The notes below the pieces were generated by a model, which was not told the origin of the DNA, searched no databases, and saw only the letters and a list, made by a program, of their open reading frames with translations. From Candidatus Saganbacteria bacterium (GTDB lineage: Bacteria > Margulisbacteria > WOR-1 > JAKLHX01), in contig JAPLKZ010000012.1 of the NCBI GenBank assembly GCA_026387835.1, positions 1 through 32,000 of the forward strand: a stretch of 32,000 nucleotides of DNA. Direction: 5' to 3'. Made by a program: the position numbers and the translations under genes. Position 1 is the first letter of the stretch; the number at the start of each line of letters is the position of its first letter. Shown here piece after piece: positions 16,884-24,842 of the stretch.

Positions 16884-17307
16884 TTTGCATCACCAGAGCG
16901 TCTTCCTTCGGGTTCTGATAATATTCCCTTCTCCTGTCCAATACTTTGAACCCGAGTTTTTTGTATATTTTCTGCGCGGGAACATTGGATTGCCGCACTT
17001 CAAGAAATAATTTTTTAAGCCCTTTTCCTTTGGCATCTGCTATTAACCGTTCGATCAATTCTGTCCCTATGCCTTTTTTTCTGCATTTAGGATGCACGGC
17101 CAGTGTTGTTATGTGACCTTCATCCAGCACATGTCTGAAACCCGTATATCCGCAGATTTTTTTTCCGTCCTTTATCGCGATATAATGCCCGTTCTCCGCC
17201 GAGAACTCGTCGACAAACGTCTGCTTGCTCCAATGCGATGCAAACGATTTTTTCTCTATCTTCAGCATTTCGTTGATATCATCCAGAACCGCCTTTTCTA
17301 TGTTCAT
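16870..17307 (-). CDS. rimI: ribosomal-protein-alanine N-acetyltransferase (GNAT)
   Basis: 145 aa. GNAT motif A 'LAVHPKCRKKGIGTELIERL', 'LEVRQSNVPAQKIYKKLGF' and 'YYQNPKEDALVM'. Sits in the tsaB-rimI context. Confidence 0.8.
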   Translation of the reverse strand: MNIEKAVLDDINEMLKIEKKSFASHWSKQTFVDEFSAENGHYIAIKDGKKICGYTGFRHVLDEGHITTLAVHPKCRKKGIGTELIERLIADAKGKGLKKLFLEVRQSNVPAQKIYKKLGFKVLDRRREYYQNPKEDALVMQNDNI

Positions 17308-17999
17308 TTTATCCTCTCCCCCTGAGCTTTGAATTCCCTGACATTAGGCGTATGTGAATATTTCGGCGTCATCTTTAAATAGTCGTCTTTCTTGCCTTCT
17401 TTTAATTTCTGCTCTCCTATCAGCGCGACATTGACGCCCGAAGCGGCCGAGCGTGCCTGATCGGCTATCCTGATGTTGCTGTTTATCCTTGATTTCTGCA
17501 AGAACGGGAAATCTTTTGACGCTATTATATATATTTCGCCTTTTATTTCTTTCAAAAGTTCCTTCAGCCTTGCTTCAGATACAACGATATCTTCGGTTAT
17601 CCTTCTTAGTTTTTTTGAATCGGAAGTAAATAACGCAAAGTTAACTTCATCCCTGACGGCATCACAGACAACAGCTATCGTCCCGCTTACATTGACGAGA
17701 TTATACGCCATCGCCTCGAGTGTCGATACTCCAATGACAGGGATGTTCAATACCTGGGCAAAGCTTTTTGCGGCCGCGAGCCCGCCTCTCAGCCCTGAAT
17801 ATGAACCCGGACCGTCCGACACGGCGATCGCACCGATATCTTTTATATCGGCCCCTGCTTCCGTCATTATTCTTTCGATCAGGACGACGATATCTTCGGA
17901 CTTTAAAGCTGATGACGTGAATTCGGCCAGCAGCCTGCCGTCTTCAACGAACCCGGCGCCCACTATTTTGGTCGCCGTGCTGATGCCTAATACTTTCAT
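17304..17999 (-). CDS. tsaB: tRNA threonylcarbamoyladenosine (t6A) biosynthesis protein TsaB
   Basis: 'MKVLGISTAT...', 'IAVSDGPGSYSGLRGGLAAAKSFAQVLNIPVIGVSTLEAMA', the YeaZ/TsaB signature. Confidence 0.85.
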   Translation of the reverse strand: MKVLGISTATKIVGAGFVEDGRLLAEFTSSALKSEDIVVLIERIMTEAGADIKDIGAIAVSDGPGSYSGLRGGLAAAKSFAQVLNIPVIGVSTLEAMAYNLVNVSGTIAVVCDAVRDEVNFALFTSDSKKLRRITEDIVVSEARLKELLKEIKGEIYIIASKDFPFLQKSRINSNIRIADQARSAASGVNVALIGEQKLKEGKKDDYLKMTPKYSHTPNVREFKAQGERIK

Positions 18000-18456
18000 T
18001 TTCTATCCTTATTTCTCTCTGATACTCTCCTGTCATCTCAAAATATATCTTAACACAACCCTCCGGCAAAAGACTTCCCATTTTTTCGGCCCATTCTATT
18101 ATCAATATCGAATCGCCGTTCAATATGTCTTCTATGTCGAGGTCTTCAATATCATTGATGCTGTCAAGGCGGTAAAGGTCCAAATGATAAAGCGATCCGC
18201 CTTTTTCTTTGAGGGGGTATTCATTCATTATTACAAAAGAGGGGCTTGTCGCGTTATCTGATATGCCGAGTCCCTGAAGGATGCCCTGGACAAATGTCGT
18301 CTTGCCTGCTCCGAGACCGCCGTACAAGGCGATGACATCGCCCGGCCGGATATCAGCGGAAAGTTGTTTCCCCAGGAGCCTCGTCTCGGAAGGGCTACCA
18401 GCGTTCAAAATCGTCCGCAGCCCCTTTTTTGATCTCTCTGAACCCCGGCAGTTCAT
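17944..18456 (-). CDS. tsaE: tRNA t6A biosynthesis ATPase TsaE
   Basis: 'GDVIALYGGLGAGKTTFVQG' P-loop, 'SPSFVIMNEY', 'LYHLDLYRL' and 'IIEWAE'. The ORF track starts at 18504. ATG 18456 or TTG 18408 (14-nt overlap with the folK stop) is more plausible. The 3' end overlaps tsaB by 56 nt. Confidence 0.8.
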   Translation of the reverse strand: MNCRGSERSKKGLRTILNAGSPSETRLLGKQLSADIRPGDVIALYGGLGAGKTTFVQGILQGLGISDNATSPSFVIMNEYPLKEKGGSLYHLDLYRLDSINDIEDLDIEDILNGDSILIIEWAEKMGSLLPEGCVKIYFEMTGEYQREIRIENESIRHQHGDQNSGRRVR

Positions 18457-19174
18457 CGTTGTACTTTTCGGCGAGCTCCGCTTTTTTCTCTTCGAAAAGC
18501 TCAAATATCGTCGTCTCCAGCACGGGATGGACGACCCTTGAAGCGATCTCTTTCAACGGCTCAAGGACGAACATCCTTTCCTGAAGCAGCGGATGAGGGA
18601 TCGAAAGATCATCCTCGCTCATCACGAGATCCTTGTAGAGTAAAATATCGATGTCTATGATCCTCGGCCCCCATTCGATGCCGCGCTCACGTCCGAGAGT
18701 ATCTTCTATCCCCTGGAGGGTCGCGAGAAGTTTGTCGGGATCAAGCGTCGTCTTTATCTCCACTGCCGAATTTATGAATGCCGGCTGGGAACGCTTGCCT
18801 TCCGGCTCCGTCTCATAATTTGAAGCGCGCCTGACCACCTTTATCCCCGGTGTCTCTTTCAGGATCGTGATCGCCTGTTCGATATATTCTTCCCTGTCCC
18901 CGACATTTGACCCGAGAGCGAGATATGCCGTAACAGCCTCTCCGGGTTTAAGTTTGAACTTCTCCTTTGCTTCGGCTTTTATATGGGCCTGTTTTACTGC
19001 CTTGGATTTTGCTTTCGCGTTGGACCCGGCGGTCATTTTACTTAAAGCCTGTTTTTTCGCGGCCGGCTTTTTCACGGTCTTACCGGCTTTTTTGTTTTTT
19101 TTCGGGCTTTGGACCTTCTTTGCCTTCGCCTTCACTTTTGCCCTGGCTTTTTTGATCTTTTTTTTCTTTTTCAT
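18395..19174 (-). CDS. folK: 2-amino-4-hydroxy-6-hydroxymethyldihydropteridine diphosphokinase (HPPK) with an ~80-aa Lys/Ala-rich N-terminal extension
   Basis: The HPPK core starts at 'AYLALGSNVGDREEYIEQAI' and includes 'YETEPEG', 'FINSAVEI', 'RIIDIDILLY' and 'LSIPHPLLQERMFVLEPL'. The ATG at 19174 has an AGGAGGG Shine-Dalgarno embedded in the folP 3' end. Confidence 0.85.
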   Translation of the reverse strand: MKKKKKIKKARAKVKAKAKKVQSPKKNKKAGKTVKKPAAKKQALSKMTAGSNAKAKSKAVKQAHIKAEAKEKFKLKPGEAVTAYLALGSNVGDREEYIEQAITILKETPGIKVVRRASNYETEPEGKRSQPAFINSAVEIKTTLDPDKLLATLQGIEDTLGRERGIEWGPRIIDIDILLYKDLVMSEDDLSIPHPLLQERMFVLEPLKEIASRVVHPVLETTIFELFEEKKAELAEKYNDELPGFREIKKGAADDFERW

Positions 19175-19177
19175 CCC

Positions 19178-20371
19178 TTAATCCCTCCTTGTTATAGCGT
19201 CTGATAATACAACAACCTTCTTCGCAAAAGAAGTATTATGACTTCTTATTATATCAACTTTTTTTGAAATGGCAAGTGCTATCGTTGCGGCGGTCCCCTC
19301 CTCCCTTTTTCGCGGATCATCCTCTCCCAGGATCTTGCCGATAAATGATTTTCTGGATGTACCTATGCAGACCGGTCTGCCTAAACACCTGAATTCGTCA
19401 AGGCGCCTGAGTATTTCAATATTATGTTCTACCGTTTTTCCGAAACCGATCCCCGGATCAAGGATGATATTTTCTTCTTTGACCCCCGCTTCTATCGCAT
19501 TCTCCATGCTTTCCTTAAAATATAAGATGATCTCAGAAATAAGGTCGTTATATTCCGGGCCGTTCTGCATCGTCTTCGGGCTGCCCTTTGAATGCATCAA
19601 TACTAAAGGGATGTTATATATAGCGGCGATCTTTGCGAGATCCTTATCAAAATGAAGGCCCGAGACATCGTTTATCATATTCGCGCCTGCCTTGACGGCA
19701 GCCTGCGCGACTGCTGGTTTACGCGTATCAACGGAGATTATTTTTGCAAAAGATTTTATTTTGGTTATTATCGGAACTATTCTCTTCGTCTCCTCTTCGG
19801 CAGAGACTTCTTCGGCTCCCGGTCTTGTCGATTCTCCTCCGATATCGATGATGTCGGCACCGTCTTCGATCATTTTTCCGGCGTGAGCGGCGGCATCTTC
19901 GACATCCAAAAACTCCCCTCCGTCAGAGAATGAATCCGGTGTTACGTTCAAGACGCCCATCACAAATGTCTTTTTTCCGAATTCCATGCCCAACATAGGT
20001 TTTGGATAGCTTTCCGACACTTCTATCAATTTTTCTATTTCCAGGGCTATCTGCGGGAGTTTGAACTGCTGGTCAGACAGTTTTTTAATGAGGTCCCTGT
20101 ACTGTGAAATAGTGCCGAATAATATTACATCCGTTTTATCCACGCTGTGGTTTATCGTACCGGCGCTTGTCGCGGCCTCGCCGCCTCTTGCAAGCATGTC
20201 CTGTTTCAGGATATTCGCTGCCGTGACGGGGACATCTTTTATCTTGACCGCCCTGAAGACAGCCTTTTCGGACATTATATCTATGCCTTTATCGTGCACG
20301 CCGATACTACGAAGCTCTTTTTCAGCTTCTTTCAGATCTTCTATCGAAATTATCCTTGGAAGAAAGTCCAT
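19178..20371 (-). CDS. folP: dihydropteroate synthase with an N-terminal ~133-aa accessory domain
   Basis: Pterin-binding domain from 'FVMGVLNVTPDSFSDGG', then 'DIIDIGGESTRPGA', 'ISVDT', 'MINDVSG' and 'LDPGIGFGK'. The N-terminal 'ANILKQDMLARGGEAA' domain precedes it. Confidence 0.9.
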   Translation of the reverse strand: MDFLPRIISIEDLKEAEKELRSIGVHDKGIDIMSEKAVFRAVKIKDVPVTAANILKQDMLARGGEAATSAGTINHSVDKTDVILFGTISQYRDLIKKLSDQQFKLPQIALEIEKLIEVSESYPKPMLGMEFGKKTFVMGVLNVTPDSFSDGGEFLDVEDAAAHAGKMIEDGADIIDIGGESTRPGAEEVSAEEETKRIVPIITKIKSFAKIISVDTRKPAVAQAAVKAGANMINDVSGLHFDKDLAKIAAIYNIPLVLMHSKGSPKTMQNGPEYNDLISEIILYFKESMENAIEAGVKEENIILDPGIGFGKTVEHNIEILRRLDEFRCLGRPVCIGTSRKSFIGKILGEDDPRKREEGTAATIALAISKKVDIIRSHNTSFAKKVVVLSDAITRRD

Positions 20372-20408
20372 GGCCGAAGGTATTATATCACGAAAGAATA
20401 AAACGGCC

Positions 20409-21779
20409 TTAAGACAGGGTCAGCTTGACCGCGCCATTACTTCTGTTGTCTATCCTGCCCCTGTCATCTATCCTGTGACCGGCGATCCAGAGGATCTTTT
20501 TATTATCGCAGACGACGGGAATGCCGGGCCTTTCGCCCGGAGGGACTTTGTTGTCAATAAAATAATCGTGGAGTTTTTTACTGCCTTTCATCCCGAACGG
20601 GACGAACCTGTCCCCTGCCCTGCAGCTGCGGACAATAAGTTCAGTTCCGCTTATCTTTTCCGGGTCGACATAAGCTTCGTTATTTTTGATCTTTTTTTTG
20701 TTCTCCGGCATTGTTGAATACACGGCTGAAATGACCTGTCCGGTTTCTTTGATCTTCACCGAACCGGGGATCTTTAAAATGTACTTGAAGCTTTTTATCT
20801 TTTTTTTCTCCGGCTTGAAATTTGAGACCGTTATTTTCCCGTCATCGACCGAAGCGTAGACCCCTTCCGGCAGACAGATAAAACCTCTTTTTAGCCTTAA
20901 AATATCGTGGACATGGACCTCTTCGATATTCTGCAGGCTGCCCTTGATCTTTTCCACCGCCAGCCTGACGATATACGGCCTTAGATCTTTTCCTGCGGAA
21001 GACAACCTGCCCGCATCCAGGCGGATCGAGGACCTGCCGTTGCTTTTATATTTATCTATGGTACAGGCTGAAAGTTTTTTTTCTGCCTGCCTGATGATCC
21101 CCGCGTACTTTCTGCGCGAAGACTTTATCAATGAAAACAATTTCTTTTTCGCGTTCTTTTCACAGGCCTCCAGTTCAGGCAGTTCGACGTTCCTTATCCT
21201 GTTCCTTGTGTGGACGTTCTCCGCATTTGTCCGGTCGGTCCTGTAAGGGATATTATTTCTTTTGCAGTAATCAAGGATCTCCTTTTTCCAGACATCGATA
21301 AAGGGCCTGATGACATGGCCCCTGACAGGAGGAATACCGCACATTCCCTTTAACCCCGTGCCTCTCTTGATCCGCATCAGAAGGGTTTCGATGTTGTCAT
21401 CGCAGTGATGGGCAAGGGCGATCCCGGAAGCTCTGATCTTCCTGCGGATGTTTTCAAGGCACTTGTATCTTAAGTTCCTGCCGGCCTCTTCAAGCGATAA
21501 TTTATTTTTCATTGCGTACCCGGGGACATCTATCGCTTTCATTGCCACCGGAATATTATTTTTTCTGCAGTAATCTTTGACGAACAAAGCATCTTCGACC
21601 GCCTCTTCCCCCCTGATCTTGTGGTCAAGGTGAAAGGCCCGGATATTAAAGCCGCTTTTCTTTAAAAAATGCAGGAGGGCCATGGAATCCGGCCCGCCCG
21701 AAACTGCGACCAGGATTTTTCCGGCCGGGGTCATCATTTTATGGGCTTTTATCGTTCTTTTTGCTTTTGTCTCTAACAA
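20409..21779 (-). CDS. tilS: tRNA(Ile)-lysidine synthetase
   Basis: PP-loop 'ILVAVSGGPDSMALLHFL', 'HLDHKIRGEE', 'ALAHHCDDNIETLLMR', and a C-terminal TilS substrate-binding domain '...KKLHDYFIDNKVP...PVVCDNKKILWIAGHRIDDR'. Start is probably TTG 21779, one nt after the upstream stop. ATG 21737 is the alternative. The ORF-track ATG 21866 overlaps the upstream gene by 86 nt. Confidence 0.85.
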   Translation of the reverse strand: MLETKAKRTIKAHKMMTPAGKILVAVSGGPDSMALLHFLKKSGFNIRAFHLDHKIRGEEAVEDALFVKDYCRKNNIPVAMKAIDVPGYAMKNKLSLEEAGRNLRYKCLENIRRKIRASGIALAHHCDDNIETLLMRIKRGTGLKGMCGIPPVRGHVIRPFIDVWKKEILDYCKRNNIPYRTDRTNAENVHTRNRIRNVELPELEACEKNAKKKLFSLIKSSRRKYAGIIRQAEKKLSACTIDKYKSNGRSSIRLDAGRLSSAGKDLRPYIVRLAVEKIKGSLQNIEEVHVHDILRLKRGFICLPEGVYASVDDGKITVSNFKPEKKKIKSFKYILKIPGSVKIKETGQVISAVYSTMPENKKKIKNNEAYVDPEKISGTELIVRSCRAGDRFVPFGMKGSKKLHDYFIDNKVPPGERPGIPVVCDNKKILWIAGHRIDDRGRIDNRSNGAVKLTLS

Positions 21780-21780
21780 G

Positions 21781-22155
21781 TCAGGCGATCCTATCCGAAA
21801 TAACGGATATAACGGGGATGCGGAAATCTTTTCCCGTGAGAAACAGCACAGCGCAGTAGCCGGCATAGGCCCACAACAAAAACGCCGCGGATCCTACCGC
21901 CTTATCAAGCAGGGGAACAGTGATATTTGAAAGTATCGAATATATCATCATCCTCAGAAATATCAGGAGCAGGATGTTCACCGTCCATAATAAAAGCGCC
22001 TGCGCCGCATGGAAGGCCATGCATAAGTTCTTTCTCTTTTCTGTCAGGATGATATAGAAAGACGGTAACCAAAATATATATGAGGAAAATATGAGGGTTT
22101 TATCGCTGATCTTCAGTTTTTCAGTATTTCTATTGTTTTCTTTGATAGTATCCAT
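21781..22155 (-). CDS. small integral membrane protein (DUF4870-like)
   Basis: Three to four predicted TM helices, and a 'TEKRKNLCMAFHAAQALLLW' block resembling DUF4870 proteins. The ORF-track ATG (22194) overlaps the tRNA discriminator base, so I prefer ATG 22155 (MDTIKENN...). Confidence 0.5.
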   Translation of the reverse strand: MDTIKENNRNTEKLKISDKTLIFSSYIFWLPSFYIILTEKRKNLCMAFHAAQALLLWTVNILLLIFLRMMIYSILSNITVPLLDKAVGSAAFLLWAYAGYCAVLFLTGKDFRIPVISVISDRIA

Positions 22156-22193
22156 AAATTGTTCTTTGATAAGAGACTTTCTTCGCAAGTTCA

Positions 22194-22267
22194 TGTCGGG
22201 GGCCGGAATCGAACCGGCGACCTAGGGCTTATGAGTCCCTCGCTCTAACCGTCTGAGCTACCCCGAC
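22194..22267 (-). tRNA. tRNA with anticodon CAU (elongator Met, or Ile2 read after lysidine modification); no encoded CCA
   Basis: The minus strand folds as GUCGGGG-UA-GCUC-AGACGGUUA-GAGC-G-AGGGA-CUCAUAA-GCCCU-AGGUC-GCCGG-UUCGAUU-CCGGC-CCCCGAC-A. It has a perfect 7-bp acceptor stem and a 5-bp T stem with a UUCGAUU loop. The G1-C72 pair argues against an initiator tRNA. Confidence 0.85.
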
Positions 22268-22296
22268 ATTTGCGAGGCGCCGCCTTGTTCATAAAG

Positions 22297-23544
22297 TTAA
22301 GCTATCTTCCTCATCACCAGCCCGGAATACGGTTTTGGATAGAAGAACGTCGATTTCTGCGGCATCCTGCCTCCGGCATCCGCGATGCTCATGATCTGGG
22401 AGATCTTCGTAGGGTTAAGGAGGAATGCGCACACGGCTTTTCCTTTTTTTACGGCCGCTACCGCTTCCGCATCGTCATGCGAGTAAGTTATAACTGTCTC
22501 GGTCTTCCTGTCCCTGTATTTATCAAGGATGTCATCTATTAAAAGGCTATGGAGGATCGCCACGTCCAGTTCGGCAAGCGCCTGGCGGCCTTTTTCCGCC
22601 ATGACCCTGTTCTTTGTGACCACATCCCTCAGCTTGAACATGTACATCTTGTTGTCTTTCCTGCTGAAATAGCCGAATACATGCCCTACGGCTTTTTCTA
22701 TCTTCGCGAACGAGTCCACCTCTACCACGAGAAAATGTCTCTTCGCGTTCTTCATTATGAGGTCATTGTCTTCGTCGGAGATATTGAGGATCCTGTGTAT
22801 CGGAAGCACGAGGAGCCCCGGGTCCTGCTCTTCCACAAAATAGGTCATTATGTAGTTGTGGGGGTTCGCGCTGTCCGGATTTACTTTCAGTTCTTTGGCG
22901 TAATTCAGCGCCGTTTCATACCTGTGGTGCCCGTCCGCGATATACGCGCTTATGTCCGTGAAACCTTTACAAAAAGATGACACCGCTTTTTCGTCGGTCA
23001 CCCTCCAGAAGCGGTGCGTCACCTCATTGTCATCCTTTGCGCTAAAGAGGGGCTCTTCTTCCGGGATCGATACCTCATCCCCCTTATAAAGGACAAATAT
23101 CGGCTCCGTATTCGCGGAACACGCTCTCATCAGGAGCAGCCTGTCCTCCTTGGGCTTTGAATAAGTGTTCTCGTGCACCTTGACGGAGCCTTTTTGGTCC
23201 AGTCTTAAAAGACCTATAAACCCTCTTCTTGAATAATTCGTTTTTTTGTGCGTGAACTGCTGCTCGTACACATAAAGCCCGGGGACGTCGTCCTCGGCAA
23301 ATATGCCTTCGTTCATCCATTCCTGCATAAAATGCGCCGCGCGCGAATAGCGGTTTTCACTCTCGTTATCATGCTCTGTCTTCTTGCCGAGAATGATCCG
23401 TACGATATTATGCTCGTCCTTGGAATAATATTTTTCCTGCTCCTCCTCTGATATGACATCATAGGGAGGGGATATTACTTTTGAGACATCCCTTACTTTT
23501 TCCTTATCATATATGATGCCTTTAAAGGGCTTGATCTCTACCAT
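22297..23544 (-). CDS. DUF1015 family protein (conserved, function unknown)
   Basis: 'MVEIKPFKGIIYD', 'VISPPYDVISEEEQ', 'NIVRIILG', 'YIADGHHRYETAL' and 'LLVLPIHRIL' match the DUF1015 pattern as I recall it. The start is set at ATG 23544, which has AAGGAG 5 nt upstream. The ORF-track start 23610 adds 22 hydrophobic codons made of promoter DNA. Confidence 0.8.
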   Translation of the reverse strand: MVEIKPFKGIIYDKEKVRDVSKVISPPYDVISEEEQEKYYSKDEHNIVRIILGKKTEHDNESENRYSRAAHFMQEWMNEGIFAEDDVPGLYVYEQQFTHKKTNYSRRGFIGLLRLDQKGSVKVHENTYSKPKEDRLLLMRACSANTEPIFVLYKGDEVSIPEEEPLFSAKDDNEVTHRFWRVTDEKAVSSFCKGFTDISAYIADGHHRYETALNYAKELKVNPDSANPHNYIMTYFVEEQDPGLLVLPIHRILNISDEDNDLIMKNAKRHFLVVEVDSFAKIEKAVGHVFGYFSRKDNKMYMFKLRDVVTKNRVMAEKGRQALAELDVAILHSLLIDDILDKYRDRKTETVITYSHDDAEAVAAVKKGKAVCAFLLNPTKISQIMSIADAGGRMPQKSTFFYPKPYSGLVMRKIA

Positions 23545-23562
23545 GTCGGCTCCTTGACATAT

Positions 23563-23571
23563 ATTATAACA
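23563..23571 (-). promoter_or_regulatory. candidate extended -10 (TGTTATAAT) for the DUF1015-tRNA-tilS-folPK transcription unit
   Basis: The minus strand reads TGTTATAAT-atatgtc-AAGGAG-ccgac-ATG. Confidence 0.45.
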
Positions 23572-23591
23572 AAATATGAACATAAAAACAT

Positions 23592-23620
23592 TTGCAAATA
23601 ATACGGTCATTTGCTAGAAT
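23592..23620 (+). promoter_or_regulatory. candidate promoter TTGCAA-17-TAGAAT, 9 nt upstream of the response-regulator ATG
   Basis: TTGCAA at 23592..23597 lies inside the perfect palindrome ATTTGCAAAT (23590..23599). TAGAAT is at 23615..23620. There is no Shine-Dalgarno before ATG 23630. Confidence 0.4.
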
Positions 23621-23629
23621 ATATCCAAC

Positions 23630-24064
23630 ATGGCGGAAACCAATAAGACAAAAGTGCTGGTCGTTGATGACGAGCCGGGAGCTTTGGAATCATTCAGGAT
23701 GATCCTTGAGATCAAGGATTTTGAAGTCTCCACTTTTTCCAGCGGGATCGAGGCTCTTGCCGCGGTTGAAAAGACCGCCTTCCAAATAGCTTTCATCGAC
23801 CTGAAGATGCCTATAATGGGAGGGCTTGAAGTGCTGAAAAAGCTTAAAGAGCTGTCTCCCACCACCGAAGCCGTGATCGTGACCGCCTACGCATCCGAGG
23901 AATCACAGGCCAACGCCATCACTCTCGGAGCCATGGAATATTTAAGGAAACCATTTTTGATGGAAGAGATATTCTCGCTTTGCGACAGGGCCCTGCGGAA
24001 AAGGCGCGAGAAGGGAGCTTCAAAAGACAGTATTGGCGGCCCGAACCTCGGCAATATCCACTGA
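23630..24064 (+). CDS. stand-alone receiver-domain response regulator (CheY-like, no output domain)
   Basis: 'KVLVVDDE', phospho-acceptor 'FIDLKMP', 'VIVTAY' and 'YLRKPF'. 144 aa, with only a short basic tail after the REC fold. Confidence 0.85.
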   Translation: MAETNKTKVLVVDDEPGALESFRMILEIKDFEVSTFSSGIEALAAVEKTAFQIAFIDLKMPIMGGLEVLKKLKELSPTTEAVIVTAYASEESQANAITLGAMEYLRKPFLMEEIFSLCDRALRKRREKGASKDSIGGPNLGNIH

Positions 24065-24841
24065 TCAGGTCCTTAACATCCAGACTATGATGATGACCGC
24101 CCCGACTATGAACCTGTACCACACAAATATTTTGAACGAATGCTTCATCAGGTACTGAAGAAGGAATTTTATCGATAAAAATCCTACGATCGCCGAAGAC
24201 AGGATCCCGATGATCAAGGGTGTAGCATCGCTGTAAGGCAGTCCTCCTGAAAAGAAATATCGCAGCTTGAACAATCCCGCGCCCAAAATAACGGGTGATG
24301 CGAGCAGGAACGAGAACCTTGCCGCGGATTCCCTGTCGAGCCCGCTGAAAAGACCCGCGGTCATCGTGATGCCGGACCTCGAGACGCCTGGTATTAGAGC
24401 AAGCACCTGCGCAAGGCCGATGAATATGGAATCGATCAGATTTACGTCCTTAACGGCCCTGTTTTTACGCCCCGTGTACTCGGCCAGCCACAGGACGCAG
24501 CCGAGGGCTATCATGCATGCAGCGACAAGTATAGGAGAGCGCAGCGTCGTTTCGAAAAGGTTTTCATAAGCCAGTCCGATAACAGCCGCAGGCAGACAAC
24601 CGATCAGGATCGAGCGGAACAAGGGCTCCTTCCAATTCTTGATGATGTCCAGCCAGTCCTTCCAGAAAAAACATATTATCGCCAGCATCGTCCCCAGATG
24701 AAGCCCCGCGTCGAAAGACAGTCCGGGATCCCTGAAATTGAACATCCACGGGATCACCACAAGATGGCCTGAACTGCTTATCGGAAGGAACTCCGTGATA
24801 CCCTGGACTATTCCCATGATCAGGGCCTGGATAATCGACAT
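24065..24841 (-). CDS. uppP: undecaprenyl-diphosphate phosphatase
   Basis: 'GIVQGITEFLPISSSGHL', 'PGVSRSGITMTAGL' and 8 TM helices, as in the BacA/UppP family. Confidence 0.9.
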   Translation of the reverse strand: MSIIQALIMGIVQGITEFLPISSSGHLVVIPWMFNFRDPGLSFDAGLHLGTMLAIICFFWKDWLDIIKNWKEPLFRSILIGCLPAAVIGLAYENLFETTLRSPILVAACMIALGCVLWLAEYTGRKNRAVKDVNLIDSIFIGLAQVLALIPGVSRSGITMTAGLFSGLDRESAARFSFLLASPVILGAGLFKLRYFFSGGLPYSDATPLIIGILSSAIVGFLSIKFLLQYLMKHSFKIFVWYRFIVGAVIIIVWMLRT

Positions 24842-24842
24842 T

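Noticed and set aside
17473-18261. 262-aa plus-strand ORF, the longest unexplained ORF in the track
   Set aside because: It lies entirely antisense to tsaB and tsaE, which have strong family motifs. Its Ser/Phe/Ile/Leu-rich low-complexity product is typical of the reverse frame of Lys/Glu-rich genes.
18935-19174. Lys/Ala-rich segment considered as a separate histone-like gene upstream of folK
   Set aside because: There is one continuous reading frame into the HPPK core, with no stop and no internal SD-plus-start. I treat it as an N-terminal tail (see findings).
20061-20717. 218-aa plus-strand ORF spanning the folP/tilS junction
   Set aside because: It is antisense to two well-supported genes and crosses their intergenic spacer. 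No motifs were found.
21780-21866. ORF-track N-terminal extensions (tilS 21866, DUF1015 23610, yggS 3581, tsaE 18504, recO 27618, adaptor 8028)
   Set aside because: These extensions overlap upstream genes or consist of AT-rich promoter DNA and lack family similarity. Downstream starts with better context were chosen, but they remain unverified.
22195-22297. tRNA gene considered as an integration hotspot marking a genomic island
   Set aside because: There is no integrase, no duplicated tRNA 3' end, and the flanking genes (DUF1015, tilS) are conserved housekeeping-type genes.
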